DNA of 63,792 bases, counting the filler, from Octopus bimaculoides (taxonomy: Eukaryota), in assembly GCF_001194135.2 (NCBI RefSeq). It is 7 parts of 6 records of this genome, joined end to end, with 100 filler letters (N's around TTAATTAATTAA, not from the genome) between each part and the next. Parts side by side here need not be neighbours in the genome. Positions count along the whole stretch, not along the records: positions 11,916 to 40,104 come from NC_069006.1; positions 40,205 to 42,805 come from NW_026371378.1; positions 42,906 to 59,005 come from NC_068987.1; 4 more parts are not named here. One strand, written 5' to 3'. The notes under the pieces were generated by a model that was given only the letters and a program-made list of their open reading frames with translations, was not told where the DNA came from and searched no databases. The translations under genes were made by a program, and so were the position numbers. How positions within the stretch are numbered: position 1 is the stretch's first letter; each line of letters begins with the position of its first letter. This document shows positions 38,745 to 52,237 of the stretch, piece after piece.

Positions 38745-39127
38745 CTGTTGTTGGCACTCCGTCGCTTACGACGTCAAGGGTTCCAGTTGATCCGATCAAC
38801 GGAACAGCCTGCTTGTGAAATTAACGTGCAAGTGGCTGAGCATTCCACAGACACGTGTACCCCTTAACGTAGTTCTCGGGGATATTCAGCGTGACACAGT
38901 GTGACAAGGTTAACCCTTTGAATTACAGGCACAACAGAAACAGGAAGAGTGAGAGAAAGTTGTGGTGAAAGAGTACAGCAGGGTTCACCACCATCCCCTG
39001 CCGGAGCCTCGTGGAGCTTTAGGTGTTTTTGCTCAATAAACACTCACAACGCCCGGTCTGGGAATCGAAACCGCGATCCTATGACCGCGAGTCCGTTGCC
39101 CTAACCACTGGGCCATTGCGCCTCCAC
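38745..39127 (-). mobile_element. SINE family C, in the SLC36 intron after the first visible exon
   Basis: Reverse complement of 6774-7165 with few differences. Confidence 0.88.
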
Positions 39128-39220
39128 TGAACACATTATAATAAACTGATAAAACACTCATCAATTTTACAATATCCTTGTTTAGAACTTACTAAGCTGT
39201 ATGCCATCTTTTATCTAATC

Positions 39221-39499
39221 CAGTGATTTTCAACCATTTTCTTTTTTTTTTTTACTTCTGAACCCCTTTGACTTCTATTTTATAGATATTTCTTTCAAAA
39301 TTCTTATTTTGTTTTTCAAACACTCATTTGTGTGCGTTTGCAACAGCACTCTCTGCCAGAAACATATACAACTACGTTAAACATTGGAGAAAGAAACCTA
39401 GCTGTTTCTTGCAATAAATACATTTTTTTACTTGTGTGAACTCCAAAAAATCATATATGGACCTCTAGGGTTCATATGGACCCCAGTTGAGAACCACTG
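39221..39499. mobile_element. hAT-type MITE
   Basis: TIRs CAGTGATTTTCAAC and GTTGAGAACCACTG. Degenerate 8-bp flanks ATCTAATC / GCCTAATT. Confidence 0.75.
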
Positions 39500-39647
39500 G
39501 CCTAATTAATAAATTGTTAGACCTCCTTTCTACTTTTCCTCATCTGTGCTCTGCCAAAGTTTTATACAACACACACACAAACTCATTGGAACAAACATGC
39601 AAACAAACAAATGATAATTAAAAAATAATTTCATAGTTGTTGCTTAC

Positions 39648-39823
39648 GACGTGGAACCTTGCATAAGGGCGCGACCATCTTGGACAGTTCGCTTTTGATT
39701 TGTGGCAGTTGTCTCGACTTGCGTCTCGTCAGGTATACTCACAGGCTGCGCTTCTTCATTGTCTGTACTGTCGGTTATCAAATCCTCTACTGACTGAGAT
39801 GCTGCCTTGTGTCTGGTCTTCAT
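39648..39823 (-). CDS. SLC36A1-like: SLC36/PAT-family amino acid transporter, first visible coding exon (MKTRHK...QGST)
   Basis: ATG at 39823-39821. GTAAGC donor follows 39648. Ends in phase 2 (TC|C), which joins the next exon to give ...GSTSNMSSIMNFLKGNIG. A polypyrimidine-CAG acceptor at 39834-39832 implies a further upstream exon. Confidence 0.8.
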
Positions 39824-40254
39824 TGCGGTAACTGAAGGACAGGGTGAGAAAAAAAGTTGGGGGAGAAATAAAATATAGATAGAAGAATGATAGAGGGGAG
39901 GAAGGACGTGAAATGGAGGGGAAGCATAAAAAGAATTGACAGAATAAGAAAAAAAAAATGGTTGAGAGAAGTTGGGGCGAAAGTGAGGAAGAAAAGAAGG
40001 ATTGACATAAAGAGAGAACATGGATAGAACAAGAGATGACATGAGAGAGAGAGAGAGAGAGAGAAAGGGAGAGAGAGAGAGAGAAAGGGAGAGAGAGAGA
40101 GAGANNNNNNNNNNNNNNNNNNNNNNNNNNNNNNNNNNNNNNNNNNNNTTAATTAATTAANNNNNNNNNNNNNNNNNNNNNNNNNNNNNNNNNNNNNNNN
40201 NNNNTACATGGTGTGGGTTTAGATAGTATATAAGGGTGTTGTTGTTGTTTAGCC

Positions 40255-40900
40255 CCAGGTCAGTCCTGCTCCAGATCCTGGAGCACAGAAGTGCCATCAG
40301 CCAGGCATGTCTGAGGTGCACACAGAGCAATGAAAGCATTCTGCACTCCCATGTGCAGTGTCCGAGCATTGCTGACCTGTGGGTTTATGTCAAACACCAG
40401 CAGTCGCATGTAGGATCGATCTGGCTATCAACTGAATCTATAGTGAAGATTGCCCCACCGCCCTCCTTTGGCCGGGAGGGGCAGGAAAGTTTTATTTGTC
40501 TGGTGGCTGTAGCGAAAGGGGTAGTATGGTGGACCCGTTTGAAAGGGCTCAAGACAGACACTTTCCTCTTTGGCCAAGCACTCATCAATTTCTTCAAGTT
40601 TCACTTGAAGACGAAAGTGAGGGTTGAGAGGGAAGTGTTGCCTTGTAGCAAGTTTGTTGAATGTGGGGTGAATGTAGGAAGAAGGGCCAGTGTGAAAGGA
40701 CCAATTCTGAGCATGCACCTGTGAGATATAAAAGGAAAAGGGCTCTTGCACCATGGATCAGACACCTGTGGCTTTTGTGGGGTTTTCCATGAGGACCTTT
40801 AAAGCGCTTCCCCTACTGTGAGTTTTACACTGTTTAATTTTATTGTTTTTCATTATTTACACAAGGAAAACCCATTGTATCGTCCGGTTTTCATCTTTTA
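40255..40900 (+). mobile_element. Tx1/L1-clade LINE ORF2 C-terminus and 3' UTR
   Basis: CLRCTQSNESILHSHVQC zinc knuckle (CxxC..E...H....C) followed by a typical Tx1-like tail. Truncated on the 5' side at an assembly linker. Confidence 0.75.
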
Positions 40901-41051
40901 ATGTTATTGTATGTCCTTTATTTATGTTTCTTTATATTTGCCCTTGAGGCCAAAAGAAAAAAGAATAAATTGTTGTTGTTGTTGTTGTTATTGTTTGCTT
41001 TCATGTCTTTCTGTTAGTTTCTATCATGTTGTCTTCTTCCTCCTTATCATC

Positions 41052-41083
<32 letters not shown>

Positions 41084-41697
41084 CACCATCGTCATCCTCA
41101 TCATCACCATCACCATCACCATCATCATCATCTCCATCATCGTTTTCCTTGCCATTATCGTTTTCCTTTTTTTCTTCTTCTTATTATTGTCACTGCCATT
41201 ATCTCCTCCCCCNNNNNNNNNNTCAGACAGTTTCCAGATGTTAATCACGTATGATGCGTTCCCCTGGTGAACGTGTAGCTGCATCTACTTCACATTACGG
41301 TGCTTCCGTCCATCCATACATGAAGTGGGTGCTTCAACGTCATTCACGTTTGTTGTGCTGCAATATCAGAATATCGGAATAGGAGAATAGAGGAATCTTG
41401 GAATGTTGCCATCCTTCTCTTCCACTCTGTCTGTCTGTCTGTCAGTCTTTGTGTCCTTCATCTTGCTTCAAGAAGTTCGTTGACTTGGAGAATCTTGAAG
41501 AATTTCTCTGCACAAACACACACACAAACATGAGAGTACAAACGGACGAAACTCTCAGCTTTTGGGTCACTTCGTAACTTCTACTGATTATTTATAATGA
41601 AAAATATAGAGAGAGAGATAGATAGATAGATAGATAAACAGATAGATAGATAGATTAATAGACAGATAGATAGATAGATAGATAGATAGGTGGATAA

Positions 41698-41733
<36 letters not shown>

Positions 41734-42419
41734 GTGGATAAATAGATAAACAGATAGATAGATAGATTAATAGACAGATAGATAGATAGATAGATAGGTG
41801 GATAAATAGATAAACAGATAGATAGATAGATTAATAGACAGATAGATACATAGATAGATAGATAAATAGATAAGTCAGGTAGGTAGATAGACAGGTAGAT
41901 AGACATTTACCTATCTATTTACCTATCTATCTGTCTGTCCGTTTGTCTGTCTACGGACAGACAGACCAATGGATAGATAGGTAAATTAGACAGACAGACA
42001 GATTGAAAGTAAGGGAGTGAGTTTGTCAACAAAAACAACTTCCAAGAATCTGGCTGCATGGAAAGGTGGCGTGTGTATGTGTATACTGACATACATATGT
42101 GTGTGTTTATGCATACATACACATTTATATTTTTATAAGTCTCCGTGTGTGTGTGGGGGGGGGGACATAGTTGTGTGCTTATGTCTGTGCTTGTGTTTAT
42201 GCATATGTATATGTACATACACATAACTATATATATATATATATGTTGTGCGTATATATATATATATATATATATATATACGTATACACATTTACAGACA
42301 CACACGTGTGCGCGCACATATATATTTATATTTGTATGTAAGTGTATGTATGCATATATATATAATAGATATTCAGAAATGTGTGTGCATATCAATCTAT
42401 GAGGGAGTATAGATACATG

Positions 42420-42453
<34 letters not shown>

Positions 42454-42770
42454 GACAAGAAGGTTAAACGGTTGATTGGAAGACAGAAGAGGATTATGAA
42501 AAGACAGTGGGGTTTGAGGGGAGGGGCAGCGGCTGAGTGAACGGATTAGTGATGCGTGTGTGTGTGTGTGTAGATGTATGTGCATATGCGTGCATGCGTA
42601 TGTCCATGTGTGTCCGTGTGTGTGTGTGTTTGCAGGAGTTGGTTGGGTGCAATGTTTGTTGTAAGATAGAATTGTTACAAGAGTTTTCTTGTGTGAACGG
42701 GATTATGGGAAGGAACACCTTGGTTACATATGTGCGTGTATATATATATGTGTATATATATATGTATGTG

Positions 42771-42805
<35 letters not shown>

Positions 42806-43661
42806 NNNNNNNNNNNNNNNNNNNNNNNNNNNNNNNNNNNNNNNNNNNNTTAATTAATTAANNNNNNNNNNNNNNNNNNNNNNNNNNNNNNNNNNNNNNN
42901 NNNNNATATATGTATGTATATATATGTATATATGTATGTATATATATATGTATGTATGTATATATATACATATATGTATGTATATATATATAATTATGTG
43001 TATGTATATATATATATATGTATGTATATATGTATATATATGTATGTATGTATATATGTATGTATGTATATATGTATGTATGTATATATATATATATATA
43101 TAAATATATGCATATGTACATACACATATGTACATACCTACATATATATGTATATATACATGCATATAAACAAAAACATACAAAAAGAACTTTTTTTCGA
43201 ACAACAAAAAACAAACAAACAGAGAAACAAGACATGCGACATAAAGAGTATATCCCTCTGTCAGTTGTCTCTGTTTCATCTACTCCACGTTTCGTAGGTA
43301 TGGACAAAACACGACTTCGTTGAAACAGTCCTGTTCTTGTTAACACTTTCACCCTCCGCAAAAAACCCAAATTTTATTTAATTTGCTTTGCGGGAAGAAT
43401 TGTTTCAACAAAGTTGCATATTGTCCTTGCCTTCGAAATGCAGAGTAGATAGAACAGAGACAACTGACGAAGGGGTATGCTCTTTATGTTACATGCCTCG
43501 TTTCTCTGTTTTTTTCGTTGTTCGAAAAAAAGTTCGTTTTCTATGTTTTCGTTTCCCATTGTGTTTAACGTTTCTTTGATGTCCTGTACCCCTATATGCA
43601 TGTATATATACATATATATGTAGGTATGTACATGTGTATGAACATGTGTATGTACATGTGT

Positions 43662-43713
<52 letters not shown>

Positions 43714-44017
43714 NNNNNNNNNNNNNNNNNNNNNNNNNNNNNNNNNNNNNNNNNNNNNNNNNNNNNNNNNNNNNNNNNNNNNNNNNNNNNNNNNNNNNNN
43801 NNNNNNNNNNNNNNNNNNNNNNNNNNNNNNNNNNNNNNNNNNNNNNNNNNNNNNNNNNNNNNNNNNNNNNNNNNNNNNNNNNNNNNNNNNNNNNNNNNNN
43901 NNNNNNNNNNNNNNNNNNNNNNNNNNNNNNNNNNNNNNNNNNNNNNNNNNNNNNNNNNNNNNNNNNNNNNNNNNNNNNNNNNNNNNNNNNNNNNNNNNNN
44001 NNNNNNNNNNNNNNNNN

Positions 44018-44072
<55 letters not shown>

Positions 44073-45466
44073 GAATGTATGTATACACCAACACACACAC
44101 CTATATATATGTGTGTGTGTATGTATGTATATATGAGTACACACACACAGGTATATATGATATATGTATATGTGATATGTAACTGCAAACTAATGTACTA
44201 AACGCTGTCATCATATAAGTACCAGTATCTCTAAAGAGACATCTGTCATCTTTTTTTTAATCTTTGTTATCAGTTCACTGATTAATTGATTAAAAAAATG
44301 TTTCTTTTATGAATTGGCAAGAATTCAGGCAAAGTGTATTGAGTGGCAACAAGAATTAACACTAGATTAATTGGACTGTAATAAAGAAGTATTCTTGGAG
44401 GTGAAATTCACACATCACTGTAACCAGAATTAAATCCACTCTATAGTTTTTAGATGGTCACTTAAGGTCAGATGATATAGACACCTTTGATTTGACTCCA
44501 ATAAGGTTTGAAAATCGATTAAGGCTATTCATCATTTTCTAAAGGATTGGTCAAATGATATAAACATCTCTGATTCAACTCCAGTAAGGGTCAATAATTG
44601 ATTATCTCGCAAGAAATTGTTTTCAACATCTTGTTTATCTTACCATGTTTGTTTTTGACTTTTACTTCACTGCATCTAAGCTATTATTAATAGATGTATG
44701 TTGTATAAAGAAGTCCTTGGTATGACTTTAAACTGCATCCTGTGGTGGGACCCTGATTCAGGAGTTCCAGAGTTCCGAGAAGTATATAACCATATTGTAG
44801 CCACTATTCTTTCTTAGGTCCACCCAGACCTGGGTTAATAGCACTTGTCAGGGTACCTGTACCAGTCAAGGTAATTAGCATATCATGGAATTGTCTCTGA
44901 AAGAATTTCACTCACAAAAACCCCAAAGGACCCAGAACAGAAGAAGCCCTTCAGATTTTTCGCTGTTCATCTAAGAGAAGGTAACTCTGTACAAATTCTA
45001 CGTCTTGACATCTACTGGGATCATGGCACTTGTTGCACCAGACCAGTATAAGTTTGAAAATCGAGAGATTGGGACTGGCCCTGCACAAATTATGTCCACT
45101 AAAATAATAAGACACTGCTTCCTTGTGGGGTAATTTATTGAGCATTTAAAATGGTGGCTAGCTGGCAGAAACATTAGCATGCCAGGCAAAATGCTTAGCA
45201 GTATTTTGTCTGTCTTTATGTTCTGAGTTCAAATTCTGCTGAGGCCGACTTTATCTTTCATCCTTTTGGGGCTGATAAATTAAATACCAGTTGCATACTG
45301 GGTTGATCTAATCAACTGCCCCCTTTCCCCAAAAGCCTTGTGCTTAGAGTAGAAAAAAAAAAGAATTTATTGAGCGTTTAAAAAGGCTAAGGGAGTAAAC
45401 TGCTACAGAAAATTTGGAAGAAGGGACTCTAAAGCAGATATGTACAGTTATACATAATCCTGTCAA

Positions 45467-45720
45467 TGGGCAGTTTAGCTTAATGGTAAAGCATTTGACC
45501 AGTAATCATAGTGATGTGAGATCGAGTCTCATGGCTGGTTGCTGACAAAGTTTTTCTGCAAAATATGGTTATTTTATCCTGTTCCTGCTGTTCTGTCAGC
45601 ATTGTTCTGCATTCGAGAATAAATTTTTTCTTTATCTGTATCTTTCAATACATCTCAGTGCTTCTAAAAGCAAACTTTGTTTACATTTATCATAATTTGA
45701 ATTTAATATATTGGTATGTT
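45467..45720 (+). mobile_element. tRNA-derived SINE family E, diverged copy
   Basis: Colinear with 29885-30146, including the CTTCTAAAAGCAAACTT body. Confidence 0.7.
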
Positions 45721-46760
45721 ATTTAAGATTAATATGAATTTGTAATCTTTTTCAGCATTGTACAATTTTACTGAGGGTGACGGAGATACGTGCTCACTAC
45801 AGACAAAAGAATGCTGAAATAGAATATAACTGCTACCTGTTTTTATCTTGATGCTATTGGCTGAGCAAAATGCTTTAAGGTGGAATACACCTCATGAAGC
45901 AAAATTGTCTTTTCAAATCTTAGTTCCCTGACAACCTCATCATCCATCATCATTGTTTTAACATCCACTTTTCCCTGCTTGCATGAGTCAGAGTTTATTG
46001 AGGCAGATTTTCTATGGCTGGATGCCCTTTCTGTCACCAACCCTCACCTGCAAGGTAATGTTTCCCCTTGATTTTGCAGAATATTGGAAATGAAGAACAT
46101 TGCTTGCATGATACTGATACTCATTAACTAATACCACATAACATCAAGGCAGGGAGTCACACACAAACACATGCACACACTCACACATGAACTCACACAC
46201 AAACACGTACACACTCACATACAAACACACACACAAACACATACACACATACACAAACACACACACACACAAACACATACTCACACACACATCCACATAC
46301 AAACAAACACACACGCATACACGTCAAGCTTTTTTCAGTTTCTGTCTACCAAATACACTCATAAGGCTCAGTCAGTCCAAGACTATAGAAGACACTTGTC
46401 CATGGTGCTATGCAGTTGGACTGTCGTTGGGAAGCAAACTTCTTAATTGCACATCTATACTATAAATATTCCTTGTTAAGTAATGAACTTCAATGGAAAC
46501 ATTCTGAGATAAAATCCATGCCACTCTCCTTCAAAGATCATTTCCAATATGAATTACATTTGGAGCTTATTGAAAAAATTTTTACCATGAACTGTCTTGT
46601 TATCAAACTATTGTAATCACCCCTTCTCTCACTCTCCCTCTCTCTTCCACAATTTCAGGAAAGAAAAGAGAGAGAAAACAAGATTGCTACAACTAAACCG
46701 CTTCCATCTAATTTCTTTCTCTATATTCATTTTTGGAGACAACAGAATGTGATTCAAGGG

Positions 46761-46761
<1 letters not shown>

Positions 46762-46796
<35 letters not shown>

Positions 46797-47130
46797 GTTT
46801 AACATCCGCTTTCCATGCTAGCATGGGTTGGACGATTTGGCTGAGGACTGGCGAACCAGATGGCTACACCAGGCTCCAATCTGATTTGGCAGAGTTTCTA
46901 CAGCTGGATGCCCTTCCTAATGCCAACCACTCCGAGAGTGTAGTGGGTGCTTTTACGTGCCACCGGCACAAAGGCCAGTCAGACGGTACTGGCAACGGCC
47001 ATGCTCAAAATGGTGTATTTTACATGCCACCTGCACAGGAGCCAGTCCAGCGGCACTGGCAATGACCTCGCTTGAATGTCTTTTCACGTTCCACCAGCAC
47101 AAGAGGCAGTAAGGCGATGCTGGTAAGTAA
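46762..47130 (-). mobile_element. Repeat family D
   Basis: Same core sequence with a (CAT)n end. Confidence 0.85.
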
Positions 47131-48402
47131 GGTGACGCTGATAAGGGATATGTGGTAACTATTCCTTGGAATTTTTCTACTTTCCTCTTACAACACAAAT
47201 GGATGCAGTTATATCTATCCTAAAAAGATTAACTCACTCAAACATACACACATATATATATATGAGTTTTAAAAAGTAATAGCCACCAATCAAGCTTGAA
47301 CGTAACTGAATATTCAGAATTTACTTTTTCCTAAGTACTAACATGTTTTTACAACAATGATCAGATGAATGTTTACACAATAATTTTTATGTTTAGGTAA
47401 ATATTTACACAACAAGTGTATCTTGGTGAATATTTAAGTAAATATTTACATTTACATAGCAACAGTGACTACAACAAAATGACATTGTTATATAGTTAAA
47501 GGGACATACTATTTATAGTATTACACCAGTTTTTCAATGAACATTATTTTCAAATCAGCATTTACTGTTTATTCAGAACTGGTTTGAATTTTTTAATGAA
47601 TCTCTTTTGCTATTCTTTTAATTTCATTTGAAGCATAAGTTTTATGAAATAGAAATATTTGGAATTTTTTGTAGCATATTTCTAAATAACTACTTAAAAT
47701 AATATACCTGGATCCCTAATTTTCAGCTGTTGTATTTACACGCATTCTAATAATGACTCTCCAGTTTGGCCAATATATTTTTTTTTAAATTTATGTATTT
47801 AGCAGAGTATATTAGATTTCATATTAGTTTCAATATCTTTGAATCAAACTTGTTAATTTTCAGACAATGGATTTAATCATCAATTAGAACTTAATTATCA
47901 ATTAAATGCTCCTTCAAGGCAAATGACAACTAAAAGTCTTGAAATAATTGTTGACAAAGACTATGTTTGGTTTAAACAGCAGTGATAAAAAAAATTTACA
48001 GTATCTGAGTGCATTGACAAATGATGTGGTACATGTCAATTTATACATGATAGTCTTTATATTAACACAAAGAGTGGATGACAAATATGAACAAATGCAT
48101 TAACTAATAGACTATCTCTCTTTCTGTCACACACACACATGTGCACATGCACACACACATGTGCACATGCACACACACACACACATTATACATATCATTG
48201 GTGTTTCCTACATGAATGCCATGCATGCAATGCAAACCTAAGATATATAAATAAATGTGTAACACATAAGATTTTAATGCAGTTCTTTCATTTTTATAAG
48301 TGACAGTTGAATGAAGGTACACGCATGCTGTACGTAGTCAACTTAAATTATAAGGTTTTTATTTTAAAATTGCATGTTCGCTGTCTTAAGTACCAGGAGC
48401 CA

Positions 48403-48836
48403 CCATCATCTTCATCATCATTAACATCATCACCGTTGCTGTCACCATCATCATAATCATCATTCCCATCATCATCTTCATTGCCATCATCCTCATCATC
48501 ATCATCATCATTGCCATCATCGTTGTCATCATCATCATCATCACCACCATCATCATCATTGTCATCGTCACTGTCATTATCATCCTCATTGTCATCACCA
48601 TCATCTTCATTGCCTTCATCATCATCGCCGTCATCATCATCATCATCATCATCGGAATCATCATCATCTTCGTTGCCATCATCATCGTCGTTGCTGTCAT
48701 CATCATCATCATCATCGCCATCATCATCATCATTGTCATCATCATCATCTTCATTGCCATCATCATCATCGTCATCATCAACATCGTCACCATCACCATC
48801 ATCGTCGTCATCATCATTGTCATCATCATCATCTGA
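48403..48836. repeat. Degenerate (CAT)n trinucleotide tract
   Basis: Read directly. Abuts a family D-type end (CACTTTTCCATGCTTGC). Confidence 0.9.
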
Positions 48837-49719
48837 CATCCACTTTTCTCCACTTTTCCATGCTTGCAAAAAAGGATTTTATATACATGTGCATGTTATT
48901 CAACCCATGCCAGCATAGAAAACGGAGGATAAAGGATGATGATGATGATGATGATGATGACATACATACATACATACAGCAAACCTCTGTCAGGTTTCGT
49001 TCTACCAAATTCCAGTCACAAGACTTAAATCAAGTCTGCATAGTTTTGGATTAGAAACATGTGCAATATGGTTATACGGTTCCTTTGGAAAGTTCTGCGG
49101 AATGGTAGCAATTGCTACAACAAAGTGAAGATATTACCAGCTAATGGCGTGATTTTATTGGCTAAAGGCAAAAGGTTTAGGATTATTTAGATCTTCACTT
49201 GCATCCACTGAATCCAAAGCATTTGTCTAATATCTTGAATCGTTAATTTGTTTCAGTTATTAGAATTTTAGTTGAATGAATCGACTCCCAGCACTTATTC
49301 TTAAGCTGGGTACTCTTTCTATTGGTCCCTTTGCTGAATTGCTAAGTTATAGGGACGTAAACACACCAACACTGGTTGTCAGATGGTGGTGATGGGTGAA
49401 GAACATAGACATAAAGACAGACACATATACAAACATATGTTTATACATGATGGGTTCCTTTCAGTTTCTGTCAACCAAATCCACTCACAAGGCCCAAGGC
49501 TATAATAGAAAGTACTTGCCCCAAGGTGCCAGCCAGTGGGACTGAACCTGGAACCACGTGCTTCGGAAACACCTGGCCACTCCTCGAATTTTTTCTAAGA
49601 CAGTGAATCTTACCCAGGACCTTATAATCCAGAGTATGTTTGCCTTTTTTTTAAGATGATAGGATTTTCTTTGAGAGACTTGGGAGAGGAAGGCCCTCTT
49701 TCCGAGAAACATGATGTAG

Positions 49720-49861
49720 TGCAACAAAATATGAAATAATCTTGAGGCAGAGCTGAAAATGTGGGAATCTGATTGGAGGGAATCTGGAAAAACATCCCAG
49801 ATTCAAGAAAATGGAGAAAAATCATCAATGGCCTGTGCACTATTGGAAGTGAAGAGCTTAG
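49720..49861 (+). mobile_element. RTE LINE 3' tip, split from its (GAA)n tail by the piggyBac
   Basis: Reads SRKWRKIINGLCTIGSEE, an RTE C-terminal pattern. The (GAA)n tail resumes at 52242. Confidence 0.7.
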
Positions 49862-52237
49862 CTCTCAGAACTCCAGTGGCCCCTATTCCAGCTGCCAGCC
49901 ACTGATACAAATACCCCAGCAGCTACTTTACTGGCTGTCACATTGTATGGTTTACAAACATATCATTTAACAACTCCTTGGCCAATTAGCAACATTGTTG
50001 CATCTGATCGTCGGCCTGCACATGTACTATCACAGGAATTACTTCCTGATGATTGAAGCTTCTTCCGCTAGTTTTTTCATGAAAATGAGTTGCAAAAAAC
50101 CTGTCTGTGAGTGATGTCTTGAACCAAGTGTTGTCGTCTGATGAAGAGGACATTGACAATGGTGATTATGGCAATGATGCTGATTCTGAGAGTGAATCTG
50201 ACAACAATTTAGACCCAGAAGGTGATAGCTATGATCTCGACGATTATGCTGCTGTACAAAATCCACAGCCACCAGCAAATGTGCATGGTGCAGTGCCTGT
50301 TAGTCATTATAATAGGGGGCATGTTCATGTTCGTGGTAGGAATGGTGGGAGCACTCCATGTGGCAGCCAGCGAAGTGGTAGGCCCAATGTTCCACCCAGA
50401 GTAAGAGCCAATACTCCTCCAGGATGGTGGAGAGACACTATAGGCTTTTCAGGGTGCCAATTTACACCAAATAATCCACATGAACCCAGGAACATGCCTG
50501 ACATTATAAATGTAGACAGCACTCCAACTGATTATTTTAGTTTATTCTGGAAAGATGACTTATGGGATATTGTACTTGAGGAAACTAAAAATCAAGCTGA
50601 ACATGTATTTTAGACAAAGCCAAATAATTTCTCAACAAAACTTTTGCATGAGAAAAAATTTACATTAAAAGAAGTAGAAGCATCTTTTTGACCTCCGGCT
50701 GACCATGGAAATGCTGGTGCACAAGGATCACTTTGAACAGTACTGGTGGTCAAAGGATGCCTTACTAACACTGACCCCAAGTTTTCCAGAGGTCATGAGC
50801 TGCAACAGATTTCCTGCAATTTGGTCTTTATTGCACTGTGTGAACAAGGATGATGAGAACATTGATAGGAATGCTAAATTGTACAAGACTCGTCCTATAT
50901 TCAATCACTTGTTTGATAAATTCAAACAACGCTATGAGCCTGGCTGTGATTCATTGCTAGATGAGAGAATGATCCCCATGAAGAACAAGCTTTCATTCAA
51001 GCAGTATATAAAAGATAAATCAATACTTTGGGGGATAAAATCCTTTTCATAATGTGATTCTGAAAACTGATACATTTGCAAGGCAGAAATGTGTGCCGGA
51101 AGGAGAGATGATGCAAATGAAATTGACAACCTCGGTGTCACAGGAAACTTATTTGGGAGGAAGACAAATGAATATGCTGGATAAAACTATGCACTTTACA
51201 CTGACAGATTTTATGAGTCTGTACAACTTGTGGAATATCTTGTCAATAAAGATATTTGAATGTGTGGTACTGCCATGACAAATAGAAGAGAATTTCCAAG
51301 GACCCTCATAAAAAGAAATAATGAGAGGGAAAGCAGGGACTCAGAATTTTGTTCAATGGAAATGTGGCTGTCTTTGTTTAGAAAGACAAAAGACTGTTTT
51401 ATTTCATTACATCACTATTTATATCATCCCCCCAAGAATATGTACAGTGATATGATGCAAATGAACACAAAAGGGTTCTTGTCCCTTTTCCTAAGGCAGT
51501 GAAAGAATATAACGTCCACATGGGTGGAACAGACAAAACTGAGCAAATGACTTGACTTCAATAGTGTCACCATCATTACAAGTGGCCTAGACTCCTGATG
51601 GTAAAGTTTTTTTTATGTGGGCTGCCTACAACGCATACGTGTTGATGGGTTTCTTCAAACTGCATCACCCCACTGGAAAGACAGTGTACACATTTCACTT
51701 CTTTCTTGATAAACTCTGCCAAAAACTTATTGGCAATGCTTAAAACAAGAACACCAATATTGACAGATGATGCTCAGCTGTGCAGGATGATGGAAAGAGG
51801 CTGTTACATGATGCACACCATGATGTAGAAAGGGCAGAAACAGCATCCAGAAACAACCATTGCAAGATGTGCGGGGAAAAATACCTGAGGGTAAAACAGA
51901 TGGAATTCCAGGCTGAGGACAAAGACTTACCCAAACCCTGTAAGACTGTTTACAGATGCAAATATTGTGAGGAATTCCTCTGCATTGGAAAACCAGGCAG
52001 TAACTGCTGGTTCGACTGGCACCACAAGCACCAGTATTGATGATAAAACAAAACAAAAAAACAAGTGATAAGGACCATGTTGCCCTCTATTTGGCATTTT
52101 ATTTCAGTATGAGAGACAGAAAACACATTTTAGTGACACTGAAACAATATTAGATGGAAAATCATTTCTTTGGCTCTTTTACCCAGGGAACCTGGGATGA
52201 GAGTGTTGAGGACAATGGATGTCTGGAGTTCAAAGGG
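49862..52237 (+). mobile_element. Full-length, inactivated piggyBac element (about 2.4 kb)
   Basis: 15-bp TIRs CTCTCAGAACTCCAG and CTGGAGTTCAAAGGG (12 of 15 complementary). Flanks TTAG (49858-49861) and TTAA (52238-52241). Confidence 0.9.
50107..52040 (+). pseudogene. piggyBac (PGBD4-like) transposase pseudogene
   Basis: Acidic N-terminus; MSCNRF..LH; LLDERMIP..KLSFKQYI..WGIK (first D); YTDRFY (second D); YNVHMGGTD (third D); C-terminal Cys-rich domain. Broken by several stops and frameshifts. Confidence 0.93.

Noticed and set aside
48348-48918. Poly-Asp, poly-Met and poly-Ser ORFs of 145-173 aa
   Set aside because: They are translations of a degenerate (CAT)n tract attached to a repeat end, with no splice or unique-sequence context.
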